A stretch of DNA of 64,000 nucleotides from Thermococcus sp. JdFR-02. Its GTDB lineage: Archaea > Methanobacteriota_B > Thermococci > Thermococcales > Thermococcaceae. Made by a program: the position numbers and the translations under genes. Below are positions 23,113-33,276 of the stretch, piece by piece. The stretch lies in the NCBI GenBank assembly GCA_002009975.1, contig MTLP01000042.1, forward strand, positions 192,001 to 256,000, written 5' to 3'. Every line of letters starts with the position of its first letter. The first letter of the stretch is position 1. The notes beneath the pieces are model-generated. The model ran no database searches. It saw nothing but the letters and a program-made list of their open reading frames with translations, and was not told where the DNA came from.

Positions 23113-24379
23113 GCTTAGTGTTGAAGAACTAAAAAGGATTATCATAACACAGCGGGAAGAGATGGATGAATTCTTAAACAGAGAAAGACTTATTGAAAGA
23201 GAAGTAGATAGGAGAAGATTGCTAAAGTTCCTTCAATATCCAAATATTTTAGCAATTCTTGGAGTTAGAAGATCCGGAAAATCCGTGTTAAGCTGGCTTT
23301 TAATGAGAGGCAAGAAATTTGGATACATAAACTTCTTTGATGAAAGGTTGCTTGGCTTTTCACCAGAAGATTTTGAAAAGCTTGTGCAGGCATTCCACGA
23401 GCTCTACGGTGACCTAGATTATTTTGTGTTTGATGAAATACAAAGTGTGCAAGGTTGGGAGAGATTCCTCTCAAGGGTGAGAACTTCAAAGAGAGTTATA
23501 ATCACTGGCAGCAGTTCAAATCTTCTCTCTGGCGAGCTTTCAACAGTCCTAACAGGTAGATATGTAAGCTTTGTGCTCTATCCCTTTAGCTTTAAAGAAT
23601 TTTTGGAATTTAAAGGAATAAAGTTGGAAAAAAACTGGATGTACTCCACAAAAGAGACTGCTAAGGTCAAGAAAGCGCTGGAAGAATACATCAAGCTCGG
23701 TGGTTTTCCGGAAGCATTGAAGTTTGGTAGGATATATCTTCAAACCATATACAGGGATATAGTGGAAAAGGATGTGCTGTTTAGATATAAAATAAGGGAT
23801 ATTCAAGCACTGAGGGAATTAGCCAAATATCTCATCTCAAACTTTTCTAAAGAGATAACTTACGGCAAACTGAAGAATTTAATCAACATCAAGGACGTGC
23901 ATACGGTGAAAAATTATGTTGAATACTTGGAGAGAGCATATTTAATTTTTCAAGTTAAAAGATTCTCGTTTAAACTAAAAAGTCAGATGCTATCTCCAAG
24001 AAAAGTCTATGCTGTTGATACTGGGTTGATAAATGCCGTTTCGTTTAAATTCAGCGAAAACATTGGTAGATTGATGGAAAACCTTGTTTTTTTGGAACTT
24101 TTGAGAAGGAGAAGCTACAAATTCTCAGACTATGAAATTTATTACTGGAAAGACGCTAAAGGAGAGGTAGATTTCGTCGTTAAGAGCGAAAACAAAGTTA
24201 CACAGTTAATACAAGTTACATATGAACTGAACAAGGAGAACTTTGAGAGAGAAGTTGCATCTCTGCTGAAGGCTTCAAAAGAGTTAAAGTGCAAGGAACT
24301 GCTACTCATAACATGGGGTCAGGAAGATACCATAAAAGAGGGAGTTAAAATAATCCCCCTATGGAAGTGGTTGCTTTAG
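23111..24379 (+). CDS. AAA+ ATPase with DUF4143-type C-terminus (AAA_14 family)
   Basis: Walker A GVRRSGKS, Walker B FDEIQ, TGSS, GGFP, KVYAVDTGL, ENLVF and EVDF...IQV motifs. Confidence 0.88.
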   Translation: MLSVEELKRIIITQREEMDEFLNRERLIEREVDRRRLLKFLQYPNILAILGVRRSGKSVLSWLLMRGKKFGYINFFDERLLGFSPEDFEKLVQAFHELYGDLDYFVFDEIQSVQGWERFLSRVRTSKRVIITGSSSNLLSGELSTVLTGRYVSFVLYPFSFKEFLEFKGIKLEKNWMYSTKETAKVKKALEEYIKLGGFPEALKFGRIYLQTIYRDIVEKDVLFRYKIRDIQALRELAKYLISNFSKEITYGKLKNLINIKDVHTVKNYVEYLERAYLIFQVKRFSFKLKSQMLSPRKVYAVDTGLINAVSFKFSENIGRLMENLVFLELLRRRSYKFSDYEIYYWKDAKGEVDFVVKSENKVTQLIQVTYELNKENFEREVASLLKASKELKCKELLLITWGQEDTIKEGVKIIPLWKWLL

Positions 24380-24391
24380 CCTGAAGGATCA

Positions 24392-25135
24392 CTATTTTTG
24401 GATCAGGTTTAACAATTTCTCTACAGCTTCATTCACATCTTTTGCATCTCTTCCTATCATCACAAAGCCAAACTCTTTTCCATAAGCTTTTTTGTAATTT
24501 TCCACTAAAAGACCATCGTTCACCGTGTCACCGATATAAACTCCTCTTTCTCCTTTAACCAGATGCCAAAGAGCTTTTGGATCTGGTTTAACATAAAGCT
24601 CTCTTGTAACTGCACTTTCAAAGTGGAAGCCAATGAGTTCTTCAGCTAATTTAAGCTCAAGTTTGTTCCTTCCAGTTATAACACCAAGCTTAAACTTTTC
24701 ATTTGCTCTTTCCAAGAGCTCACTCTTAACTATCGGCTTCTCTTTTTTCCAAAGTCCATCAAATTGAAAAGCACTCTCTTCATAGTATCCACCTAAATAA
24801 AAGGTATTAAAAACTCTCTCAATTTCTTCTGACTTAACAATAATCCCAAATTTTTCTCTAACCCACTTAATCCCCTCTCCCTCTGGAAAGCTCTCAACAA
24901 AATCACTTAACTTTCCATTTAAAGCACCAGATATTAACGCTTCACTAACTTTAAAATCGTCTCCAAAAGCGCCTTTTCTTCTCAATACCCTTATTAACTC
25001 TAAGTCAACTTCAATGTTTTTACCAAGCTTTTTTAGAAAATACTCCACCGTGAGCTTTGTTGCTAAGTCATAGCTCTCAGTAACGTCAATCAAAACGCCG
25101 TCAACATCAAAGATTATCCATTTTAGCTTTTTCAT
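24392..25135 (-). CDS. HAD phosphatase, probable histidinol-phosphate phosphatase
   Basis: FDVDGVLID, TGR, KPDP and GDTVND motifs; last gene of a his operon whose hisB is monofunctional. Confidence 0.8.
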   Translation of the reverse strand: MKKLKWIIFDVDGVLIDVTESYDLATKLTVEYFLKKLGKNIEVDLELIRVLRRKGAFGDDFKVSEALISGALNGKLSDFVESFPEGEGIKWVREKFGIIVKSEEIERVFNTFYLGGYYEESAFQFDGLWKKEKPIVKSELLERANEKFKLGVITGRNKLELKLAEELIGFHFESAVTRELYVKPDPKALWHLVKGERGVYIGDTVNDGLLVENYKKAYGKEFGFVMIGRDAKDVNEAVEKLLNLIQK

Positions 25136-26139
25136 TATTTGACCCCCAAAAACTCGTTCAATGCTTTAATCAACTCATTATTTTCCTCCCTTTTACCAAT
25201 GGTAACCCTTATGTGATTAGACAATCTACCGCTCAGATTTCTCACAACTATACCCTTCTCAAGCAGAAACTCGTAAGCGTTGAGCTTCATGAGTAAAAAG
25301 TTGGCTTCACTTGGATAAACATAATCTTTGAACTCCTTGTAAATCCTATCTCTTTCTTTAATTATGTAATTAATGTTTTGTTTAATTACATCATAATGGT
25401 CAAGCATAAGCTCTGCTATCTTCATTGAAAGGGCATTTAGGCTGAAAGGCGACTTAATGCGCAAAAGATAGTCTATTATTTCCTCACTTGCAACAGCATA
25501 GCCAACTCTAATTCCAGCTAATCCAAAAGCCTTTGAAAAAGTTCTCAAAATGACTAAGTTCTCATATTCATTAACTAAATCCACATTACTTCCTTTCGCA
25601 AACTCTATGTATGCTTCATCTAAAATCACTGGAGCGCCGGTTTCAAGGACACTTATTATCTTTTCTCTCTCTTGAGTGTTACCTGTGGGATTGTTTGGTG
25701 AGCAGATAAAGATAGCTTTCGCCTTTTCCGCATAATCTTCAACGTTCTGCAGTTTAAAATTTTCATCTAATGGGACATCAACGAGTTTAATTCCTTCAAG
25801 CTTTGCGTAGAAGTTGTACATTCCAAAGGTTGGAGAGCTTATAACTATGTGTTCTCCTTCAAAGAGCTTTAGGAGATAGGAGATAAGCTCATCGCTCCCA
25901 TTTCCAACGATTATATTCTCTTTTTCAAATCCCAAAAACTCTGCTATTCTTTCCCTTAGAGGATCTGCGGTTATGTGTGGATAGCGGTTTAGAGGTATTT
26001 TCTTCACTTCCTCGAAAATTTCATCTTTAATCTCTTCGGGTAAATCAAAAGGGCTTTCATTCTTATCAAGCCAAATTTTGTAGTTTCCTTCAACCACTTT
26101 ATAGGGCTTGAAGGCTTTAATTATCTCCTCAATCCTCAC
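25135..26139 (-). CDS. hisC: Histidinol-phosphate aminotransferase
   Basis: [25 protein letters not shown] and [15 protein letters not shown] motifs. Confidence 0.96.
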   Translation of the reverse strand: MRIEEIIKAFKPYKVVEGNYKIWLDKNESPFDLPEEIKDEIFEEVKKIPLNRYPHITADPLRERIAEFLGFEKENIIVGNGSDELISYLLKLFEGEHIVISSPTFGMYNFYAKLEGIKLVDVPLDENFKLQNVEDYAEKAKAIFICSPNNPTGNTQEREKIISVLETGAPVILDEAYIEFAKGSNVDLVNEYENLVILRTFSKAFGLAGIRVGYAVASEEIIDYLLRIKSPFSLNALSMKIAELMLDHYDVIKQNINYIIKERDRIYKEFKDYVYPSEANFLLMKLNAYEFLLEKGIVVRNLSGRLSNHIRVTIGKREENNELIKALNEFLGVK

Positions 26140-26768
26140 TTTCTACGCCCCCTAAGCTCTTTCATAACCTCGCTTAGGCTTATTTCATTATAAGCGAGCA
26201 AAACTAAGAGGTGATAGAGTAAATCAGCAGTTTCATAGATTATTCTTTCTCTTTCTTCAGCGACCAAAACTTCTACTGCTTCTTCCCCAAATTTCTTGTA
26301 TATCTTTTCTTTCCCCTCTTTGAAAAGCTTTGAAGTGTAGGAACCTTCTTTTGGATTTTCTTTGCGCTGCTTTATGACCTCCTCAAGCTCCCTCAAAACT
26401 GTCAATGAGTAGTCAATCCCCCCAACTTCCCTCTCTAGCTCTCCTAATTTCCTGTAAAAGCAGCTCCTATTGCCGGTGTGGCAAGCTACACCAACTTGCT
26501 CAACTATTAAAAGCAACGCATCACTGTCGCAGTCTATCTTTATCTCTTTAACTTTTTGAACGTTCCCGCTAACCTCGCCCTTCATCCTAATTCTCTTTTG
26601 ACTCCTTGAATAATAATGTGCATAACCTGTCTCTAAAGTTTTTCTCAGCGCTTCCTCATTCATATAAGCCAAAGTCAAAACTTCTCCATCAACGCTCTGC
26701 ACAATAACCGGAACTATTTCGCTTTTCTCCCAGTTGACCTGCTTTATAAGCTCATTCAAGTCTGACAT
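26136..26768 (-). CDS. hisIE: Bifunctional PR-AMP cyclohydrolase / PR-ATP pyrophosphatase
   Basis: SRS, KGEVSG, DCDSD, ACHTG..SCF, GSYTSKL, GEEAVE and ADLLYH motifs. Confidence 0.96.
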   Translation of the reverse strand: MSDLNELIKQVNWEKSEIVPVIVQSVDGEVLTLAYMNEEALRKTLETGYAHYYSRSQKRIRMKGEVSGNVQKVKEIKIDCDSDALLLIVEQVGVACHTGNRSCFYRKLGELEREVGGIDYSLTVLRELEEVIKQRKENPKEGSYTSKLFKEGKEKIYKKFGEEAVEVLVAEERERIIYETADLLYHLLVLLAYNEISLSEVMKELRGRRK

Positions 26769-27510
26769 TCACACCCCTCCTCGCTAAATACTCCTTAAGC
26801 TCTCTAACGGTGTACTTTCCATAGTGAAAGATTGATGCAGCTAAAGCCGCGCTTGCACCAATTTCAAATGCATCATAGAAGTGTTCTGGACTTCCAGCAC
26901 CTCCAGAGGCAATAACGGGAATGTCAACAGCCTCGACTATTGCTTTAGTTAGGGGTATGTCAAAGCCCTCCTGCGTTCCATCCGTGTCCATAGAAGTGAG
27001 CAAAATCTCACCAGCTCCCAAACATTCGACCTCTTTAGCCCACTCTATTGCATCTATCCCTCTCGCTTTTCTTCCTCCGTGAGTATAAACCTCCCAAAAC
27101 TTCCCATTCCATTTAGCATCTATCGCTATTACTAAATTCGCACTCCCAACAACTTTTGCCGCTTCACTTACGAGTTTTGGATTGTCAACAGCCGCCGTGT
27201 TGAGGAAAACCTTATCGGCACCGCTCTTTATTATTTCTCTAATCTCCTCAACGCTCTTAATCCCCCCACCAACCGTGAAGGGAACGTAAATCTCCTCAGC
27301 TATCCTCTTTACCAAATCGAGGAGAATTTGCCTCTTTTCGTAAGATGCAGTAATGTCGAGGAAAACTATCTCGTCTATCCCTTCCTCCTCATAGCGCTTT
27401 GCCAGCTCTATTGGGTCTCCGGCATCTCTGATATTCTGAAACTTTATTCCCTTTACAACTCTCCCCTCTTTTATGTCCAAGGCAGCGATAATCCTCTTAG
27501 CGAGCATCAC
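26752..27510 (-). CDS. hisF: Imidazole glycerol phosphate synthase, cyclase subunit
   Basis: [29 protein letters not shown] and ASGGAG motifs. Confidence 0.97.
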   Translation of the reverse strand: MMLAKRIIAALDIKEGRVVKGIKFQNIRDAGDPIELAKRYEEEGIDEIVFLDITASYEKRQILLDLVKRIAEEIYVPFTVGGGIKSVEEIREIIKSGADKVFLNTAAVDNPKLVSEAAKVVGSANLVIAIDAKWNGKFWEVYTHGGRKARGIDAIEWAKEVECLGAGEILLTSMDTDGTQEGFDIPLTKAIVEAVDIPVIASGGAGSPEHFYDAFEIGASAALAASIFHYGKYTVRELKEYLARRGVNVRLE

Positions 27511-28190
27511 AATACCTCCAAAATCTCTTCTAAGCTTATTTTCTCCTCATAGAGAGCTTTTCCAACTATTGCTCCAGAGAACCCAATTTCTTTGAGCTTT
27601 AGGATATCTTCAACGCTTGAGACCCCACCAGCATAGATGAACTCCTCTCTGCCCCAAAAGCGCTCTATCTTTTCAATTCCCGTCAATGTGCCGTCCTTTT
27701 CTATTGCCGTGTAAATGAACCTATTAACGTACTTTTTGAGCATCTCGTAAGCCTCTTCAACGGTTATAGAGCTCTCCTCCTCCCAGCCTTTTACAGCTAT
27801 CCTCCCGCCTTTAGCATCTAAACTTACAGTTATCCCTTCAAAATCCTGCGTTATTTTTTCTAAAAACTCCAAATCAAAGGCTTTTGTGCCTATTATGACG
27901 TTCTCAACTCCAATTGAGTAGGCTTTCGCTATGCTCCCATAGTCCCTAAAGCCTCCACCTACCTGAACCTTCAGCCCCGTCTCCTCTATTATTCTCCTCA
28001 CGACGTCGAGGTTCTTTGGCTTTCCTTCAAAGGCCCCATCTAAGTCAACAACGTGTATTTTATCGAGAAGCTTGGCAAAATCCTTAGCTATCTCTACTGG
28101 ATCTCCATAAACTTTTATGCTCTCTTTTTTACCCTTATAGAGCCTCACAGCTTTCCCACTCATTAAATCTATTGCAGGGTAAATCCTCAT
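27507..28190 (-). CDS. hisA: ProFAR isomerase
   Basis: [25 protein letters not shown] and DGTLTG motifs. Confidence 0.96.
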   Translation of the reverse strand: MRIYPAIDLMSGKAVRLYKGKKESIKVYGDPVEIAKDFAKLLDKIHVVDLDGAFEGKPKNLDVVRRIIEETGLKVQVGGGFRDYGSIAKAYSIGVENVIIGTKAFDLEFLEKITQDFEGITVSLDAKGGRIAVKGWEEESSITVEEAYEMLKKYVNRFIYTAIEKDGTLTGIEKIERFWGREEFIYAGGVSSVEDILKLKEIGFSGAIVGKALYEEKISLEEILEVL

Positions 28191-28191
28191 C

Positions 28192-28779
28192 TCACAGCCT
28201 CCTGAAGTTTTCTAAAAGCCTCAACCCATTTTTGCTCGACTTTTCTGGGTGAAACTGAACTCCAAAGACGTTATCTTTGCAAACTGCTGAAGGAAATACT
28301 ACTTTCTTCCCCTTTGACTCATAATCCGTTACAGCTGCAATCACTTCTTTGTCTTGAGGATTTACGTAGTAGGAGTGCACGAAGTAGAAGTAGCTCCCGT
28401 TCTTGATTCCATCAAAGAGTGGGCACTCTTTAGCAGGAAAAACTTGATTCCAGCCTATGTGAGGGACTCTAACACCTTTAAACTTCACTACATTGCCTTT
28501 AAAGACTTCTAAGCCTTTCCCTTCGCTTTCTTCACTACACTCAAACAAAAGCTGCATCCCCAAGCATATCCCGAGGAATGGTTTTCCTTCATTGATCGCA
28601 TCTAAGATCGTTCCTTTTAGAGGCTCAAGCCTTTTCATCACTGCTCCAAAGTTCCCTACCCCTGGGAGCACAATTTTATCAGCTCTCTCAATCTCATAGG
28701 GGTCACTCGTGATTATTCCACCCAAGGCTTTTCTAACATTTGCCAAGTTCCCAATCCCTAAATCAACTATTGCTATCAT
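28192..28779 (-). CDS. hisH: Imidazole glycerol phosphate synthase, glutaminase subunit
   Basis: PGVG, GICLGMQ, PHIGWN, YFVHSY and QFHPEKS motifs. Confidence 0.97.
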   Translation of the reverse strand: MIAIVDLGIGNLANVRKALGGIITSDPYEIERADKIVLPGVGNFGAVMKRLEPLKGTILDAINEGKPFLGICLGMQLLFECSEESEGKGLEVFKGNVVKFKGVRVPHIGWNQVFPAKECPLFDGIKNGSYFYFVHSYYVNPQDKEVIAAVTDYESKGKKVVFPSAVCKDNVFGVQFHPEKSSKNGLRLLENFRRL

Positions 28780-29310
28780 TCACAGCACCCCTTTTGTGCT
28801 TTCCAAACGCTCGCTCTCTTCCAAAGCCTTTCTTAAAGCGACGCCGAGTCCTTTAAATGCCGCCTCAATGACGTGGTGGGCATTAACTCCGCTCAGCTGC
28901 TTCACGTGAATTGTAGCATTTAGTGTCCTCGCTAAAGCCCAGAGAAACTCCCTAACTAAAGTGAGCTCAAATCCCTCTTCGCTCTCTTTGAAATCAAGCT
29001 CGAGGTTTAAGTAAGGTCTCGAGATATCTACGGCAACCAAGACTAATGCATCGTCCATTGGCATTATCGCATTCCCAAAGCGTGCTATTTTCTTGCCCTT
29101 AATTTTCCCCCTAAGCTCTTCTCCAAGTGTAATAGCTAAGTCTTCCCATAAGTGATGCCTCAAATCCCATTTCGCTTTGACATTAGCCTTCTCTTGCATG
29201 TAAAAGAACAAAGCAGTAAGGAGGTGGTCTAATACCCTATCTCCAGTATTTATCTCCCCTTCAACGCCAATTTCGACAATTATATCAACTTCCTTAGTTT
29301 TTCTTCTCAT
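28780..29310 (-). CDS. hisB: Imidazoleglycerol-phosphate dehydratase (monofunctional)
   Basis: DHLL, HHLWED, PMDDAL and [11 protein letters not shown] motifs. Confidence 0.96.
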   Translation of the reverse strand: MRRKTKEVDIIVEIGVEGEINTGDRVLDHLLTALFFYMQEKANVKAKWDLRHHLWEDLAITLGEELRGKIKGKKIARFGNAIMPMDDALVLVAVDISRPYLNLELDFKESEEGFELTLVREFLWALARTLNATIHVKQLSGVNAHHVIEAAFKGLGVALRKALEESERLESTKGVL

Positions 29311-30434
29311 CTTCTTACCTCCAGAGCTTTTTTGTGGAGTTCTAACCCCTCAATCTCCGCTAAGCGAATTCCCAAATATCTTTCACTCAAGAACTCCTCT
29401 CTGCTGACGTAGGCTAAGCTAATTCTTTTCATAAAGTCCATAACCGTTAAAACCGAGCTGAATTTAGCCGCTCCACCAGTTGGAAGGACGTGATTGACTC
29501 CCAAGAAGTAATCCGCTGCTGGGACTGGTGTATACTCTCCCAAATAAATCGCCCCAGCATTTTCGATTAAGTCCACAAGCTTTAGAGGCTCTTTTGTGAG
29601 TATCTCCAAGTGCTCTGGAGCAATCTCATTGACCTTTTCCACACACTCCTCTAAGCTTTTGCACAAGACAACCTTAATGCCTTCCTTGTTACAATATTCT
29701 GCTAACTCTTTTGAAGTCGTGAGGAGCCAAGCCTTTGAGTCTTTCCCGTGCTCTAATTGGGAGAGCAGATCAGCCAAGACATAATCTTTATTTGCACTTT
29801 CATCAGCTATTACTGCTATCTCCGAAGGACCAGCTAAGCTGTCAATCCCAACAACGCCAAAAACCTGTCTCTTCGCTTCATTCACGAACTTGTTCCCAGG
29901 ACCAAAGATTTTGTCCACTTTCTTCATCCCAATGCCATAAGCCATTGCCCCAATTGCTTGGATTCCACCGAGCTTGTGGATCTCTTTAATATCGAGGAGC
30001 TTTGCAACGTAGAGGATATAGGGATTAATTTTTCCTTCTTTTGGTGGCGTAGTAACGACTATCTCCTTAACGCCAGCTATCTTTGCTGGAACCCCAACCA
30101 TTATGAGCGTTGAGGGGAGAGGCTTTCCTCCCGGAACGTAGATACCAATTCTTCTAATCGGCTTATAGATTATCCCGTAAAGCGATGCGTTCTTTATGTA
30201 GAGCTTATCATTTTCAAGCTGTCTTTCGTGGTACTCCTTAACGCGCTCGATAATTATTTGAATTATCTTTTTGTCCTCTTTTGGAATCAGTTTCTCAGCC
30301 TTTTCGAATTCTTCTTCTTTAACTAAAAACTCCCCCTCATAGTTATCAAACTTCTTTGAGTACTCCCTAAGAGCTTTAACTCCCCTAAACTTTATATCAT
30401 CTAAGATTTCTCTAACATAACTCTCTAACTTCAT
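29307..30434 (-). CDS. hisD: Histidinol dehydrogenase
   Basis: [27 protein letters not shown] and NHVLPT motifs. Confidence 0.97.
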   Translation of the reverse strand: MKLESYVREILDDIKFRGVKALREYSKKFDNYEGEFLVKEEEFEKAEKLIPKEDKKIIQIIIERVKEYHERQLENDKLYIKNASLYGIIYKPIRRIGIYVPGGKPLPSTLIMVGVPAKIAGVKEIVVTTPPKEGKINPYILYVAKLLDIKEIHKLGGIQAIGAMAYGIGMKKVDKIFGPGNKFVNEAKRQVFGVVGIDSLAGPSEIAVIADESANKDYVLADLLSQLEHGKDSKAWLLTTSKELAEYCNKEGIKVVLCKSLEECVEKVNEIAPEHLEILTKEPLKLVDLIENAGAIYLGEYTPVPAADYFLGVNHVLPTGGAAKFSSVLTVMDFMKRISLAYVSREEFLSERYLGIRLAEIEGLELHKKALEVRR

Positions 30435-31051
30435 TACAACCCCTCCCTAATGACCTTCTTAATCCTCAAAACCAAGTCATTGATCTCTTCAAACTTCATC
30501 TTTTGGGAAATTCTATTAACCAAAAGCAGAGCAGAGACATCCATTATTTTTTCAGCTTCAACTAAGCCATTAGCCCTTAGAGTGTTTCCAGTTTCAACTA
30601 CATCAACTATCGCATCAGCTATTCCAACTTTTGGAGCCAATTCTATAGCCCCACTAAGCTTTATTATCTCAACTTCAACTCCTTTGCTTTCAAAGAACTT
30701 TTTTGTTAGGTTTGTGTATTTTGTGGCAATTCTAAAGCCCTCCATCTCCTCGACATCAGTTATGCTTTCTTTGGGCATCGCTAAACTTAGCCTGCACTTT
30801 CCAAAGGGCAATTCAAGAGGAACAAAGACATCGCTCTCTCGCTCTTCTACAACATCACTTCCTGAAATCCCGACATCTATACCATGCTCTACATAAACTG
30901 GAACATCAAACGCCCTTGCGAGTAAGAGCTCATATCTTCCGTTTTTCACAATCAACTCTCTATTCTCTGGTGACTTAAGTCCAATTCCAGCTTTGGTAAG
31001 AATTTCAAGCGAACCTTGGAAAAGCCTGCCTTTTGGTAAAACAATCCTCAT
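30434..31051 (-). CDS. hisG: ATP phosphoribosyltransferase, short form
   Basis: PKGRL, IATKY, GAIELAP and DVVETGNTL motifs; about 205 aa with no regulatory domain. Confidence 0.96.
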   Translation of the reverse strand: MRIVLPKGRLFQGSLEILTKAGIGLKSPENRELIVKNGRYELLLARAFDVPVYVEHGIDVGISGSDVVEERESDVFVPLELPFGKCRLSLAMPKESITDVEEMEGFRIATKYTNLTKKFFESKGVEVEIIKLSGAIELAPKVGIADAIVDVVETGNTLRANGLVEAEKIMDVSALLLVNRISQKMKFEEINDLVLRIKKVIREGL

Positions 31052-31938
31052 TCTTTCACCTCCACTGGAATTCCAAGATTTACGAGTTCTTTTGCAAGTT
31101 TATATACCTCTTTAAGCTCTCCTCTGATTGTTTTACGATTCTTTTCGATTTTTCCACTGTAGAGCTTAGATAGGACGTTTAAATCAAAGGCAAAGCCAAA
31201 GGCATCTATTCCATTGAATTTGTATTCTCCGCCACCTCCAAGTGGATAGCCAAGCTTTGGAGAATAGATTTCAAAGATAATGTCGCTGTAATAGGGCAAC
31301 GGTCTAATAGTCCCAAAATCTATGAAAATTCTATCATCACCCAGCGCTTCTACAATCAGGTTAAGCTTTTCATAATCGCTCTTCTTCCCTCTAAAGTTGA
31401 AGAGACGCCAAAGCTCTTCTTTTTTCTCTTCGCTAATTGGGAGTCTTTCAATTATCTCAAAGTTTCTTTTAGCCAAAGCTCTAAAGATTTCCTCTCTAAA
31501 CTCTTCAATCCCCTTAATTGCATTCTCCCAAACCTTCAAGCTTCCAATGTCGATGTAAAACTCTTTAATCCCAAGAGCTTCAAGTGAAGTTATAACGGTC
31601 ATTAAGACCTCAACTTGCATCCAAAGGTCTTTTCCTCCGATAAATTCAACTCCTGCCTGCCATTTCCCTTTAACTCCACCGTTTAGCACTTCACTTATGT
31701 AAAAGAGCTTTAGTCTTCTTGGCTCTTTTAGATTCACCAATATTTGCGATGTTAAATCAGGTTTTATTACGTAGAAGCTGTTGTTGTAAGCAAATTTTGT
31801 GCCCTTCCTAAGACTCTCCCTGTATTCTTCAACCGTCGGTAGGAAAATCTCTTTATATCCCCAAAGCTCAAATGTTCGCCTTAAATATTTTGTAATATCT
31901 GCTAAGCGTTCTGATTCGGAAAATACATCCTTTTTCAC
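31048..31938 (-). CDS. hisZ: ATP phosphoribosyltransferase regulatory subunit
   Basis: HisRS-like fold ([32 protein letters not shown]); next to short hisG; SD GGAGGG before the GTG start. Confidence 0.9.
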   Translation of the reverse strand: MKKDVFSESERLADITKYLRRTFELWGYKEIFLPTVEEYRESLRKGTKFAYNNSFYVIKPDLTSQILVNLKEPRRLKLFYISEVLNGGVKGKWQAGVEFIGGKDLWMQVEVLMTVITSLEALGIKEFYIDIGSLKVWENAIKGIEEFREEIFRALAKRNFEIIERLPISEEKKEELWRLFNFRGKKSDYEKLNLIVEALGDDRIFIDFGTIRPLPYYSDIIFEIYSPKLGYPLGGGGEYKFNGIDAFGFAFDLNVLSKLYSGKIEKNRKTIRGELKEVYKLAKELVNLGIPVEVKE

Positions 31939-32016
31939 AATAGTCCCTCCAAAAAGTTTTTGATTAAAACTTCTCTAATTGAAATGCAATCTAACAAGTC
32001 AATGATGCCAGAATAG

Positions 32017-32121
32017 TCAATGATGATGATGGTAGTAACTCACCGCTAAGCTTGAAGAAGAAAAGTTTTCTCTAATTATGCTCTCGTTGTATCCTGTTTT
32101 TATTCTTCCCTCTTTCATCAT
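32017..32121 (-). CDS. Putative his leader peptide MMKEGRIKTGYNESIIRENFSSSSLAVSYYHHHH* (34 aa)
   Basis: Hand translation. SD GGTGAGG (32130-32124), ATG ATG, four CAT codons directly before TGA; lies between the TATA box and hisZ. Confidence 0.8.
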   Translation of the reverse strand: MMKEGRIKTGYNESIIRENFSSSSLAVSYYHHHH

Positions 32122-32153
32122 AACCTCACCTAAGGGCAAAGAATCGCAAGGGG

Positions 32154-32170
32154 TATATAAAGTTATCCCT
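32154..32170 (-). promoter_or_regulatory. his operon BRE/TATA promoter
   Basis: Minus strand reads AGGGATAAC-TTTATATA (TATA 32161-32154); the expected start site is near 32130-32133, at the leader SD. Confidence 0.7.
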
Positions 32171-32250
32171 AATTATTCTGGAATATTAACATCAACTCAA
32201 AAAAATTTTGGAGGAAATTTGGATAAATGTTAAATTGGAAGAGCTTAATT

Positions 32251-33222
32251 TCATCTTTTTGCAACGGTATTGATTAGCCTAAGCAAGTAGGCATTTTCCA
32301 TTGTCAATTCTGCACCTTTGTTCCTTGGAACTCCAAGTTCAATCTTCGCCCTTATTCCATGAGCTTTTAGGTACTCATGAACTTTAACACTTAAACCCTG
32401 ATACTCACTCTTCTTGATTAGACCATAAACTGTCGGTCCCCAAGAGCTTTGCCCATATCCATAGGTATTTTCCTTCAAAAAGTCGAGGATAAGCTTTACA
32501 TCTTCCCTAAATTCCCCACCTTGATAGCTTTCAAAGTATGCTCCAACCAAGGCTTGAATTTCACTTAAATACTTTCCAAAAGTTTCTATATCTCTCTCTT
32601 TTAGTGCTGGTAAAAGCCCAAGCAAAACTTTGTGGCTTATTTCCCTTGCAATCTCAACTTTTCCGCTTATGTTTTTCATTATTGGTTTTTCCTCTTCTTC
32701 ATCAAAACCCCTCTTAATCTCTGGAGTTACTATCAAAAATGCCCATTCTTCTGGGAACTCTTCTCTAACGATTAAAGGAGGAATGTCATTCCTAACACCG
32801 CCATCAATGACAAAGCCACCATATTTGAAGGCATAAATCCCAGCTCCAGAATTTTTACCTCTTTTTAAAATCCTTGCTAATTCTTCAATTTCAATGCTCA
32901 AATTGTTGATCTTTGCAAGTCCTAACGCAACCGCTAAGCTTAGCTGTGTTGTTGAGCCCAAACCAACATGCCTTGGAATTTCTCTTTCGACTTCTATTAA
33001 ATAGTTGAATCCAGTTCTAAACCTCTCATTTAGCTTTGAGACTGTAAATTTGATTGTTTTGACGTCTTCTCCCTTAGCTTTAATTTCAAGCCTATCATGA
33101 GGAACAAGCCTTATTTTGTATCCTCCTTCAAGTGCAACCCCTAAAGACCCGAATTTTCTCCCTAATGCACTACTTAAGTCAATTAGACCCAAGTGAAGAC
33201 GTTTTGGTGTTTCAATTATCAT
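32251..33222 (-). CDS. Beta-ribofuranosylaminobenzene 5'-phosphate synthase family (GHMP fold)
   Basis: PKRLHLGLID, HVGLGSTTQ, GGFVIDGG and GQSSWGPT motifs. Confidence 0.85.
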   Translation of the reverse strand: MIIETPKRLHLGLIDLSSALGRKFGSLGVALEGGYKIRLVPHDRLEIKAKGEDVKTIKFTVSKLNERFRTGFNYLIEVEREIPRHVGLGSTTQLSLAVALGLAKINNLSIEIEELARILKRGKNSGAGIYAFKYGGFVIDGGVRNDIPPLIVREEFPEEWAFLIVTPEIKRGFDEEEEKPIMKNISGKVEIAREISHKVLLGLLPALKERDIETFGKYLSEIQALVGAYFESYQGGEFREDVKLILDFLKENTYGYGQSSWGPTVYGLIKKSEYQGLSVKVHEYLKAHGIRAKIELGVPRNKGAELTMENAYLLRLINTVAKR

Positions 33223-33276
33223 TTTTTATTCACCTTCTTTTTGATTACTACACTCCTATGCTTAAACTTTTGTGTT

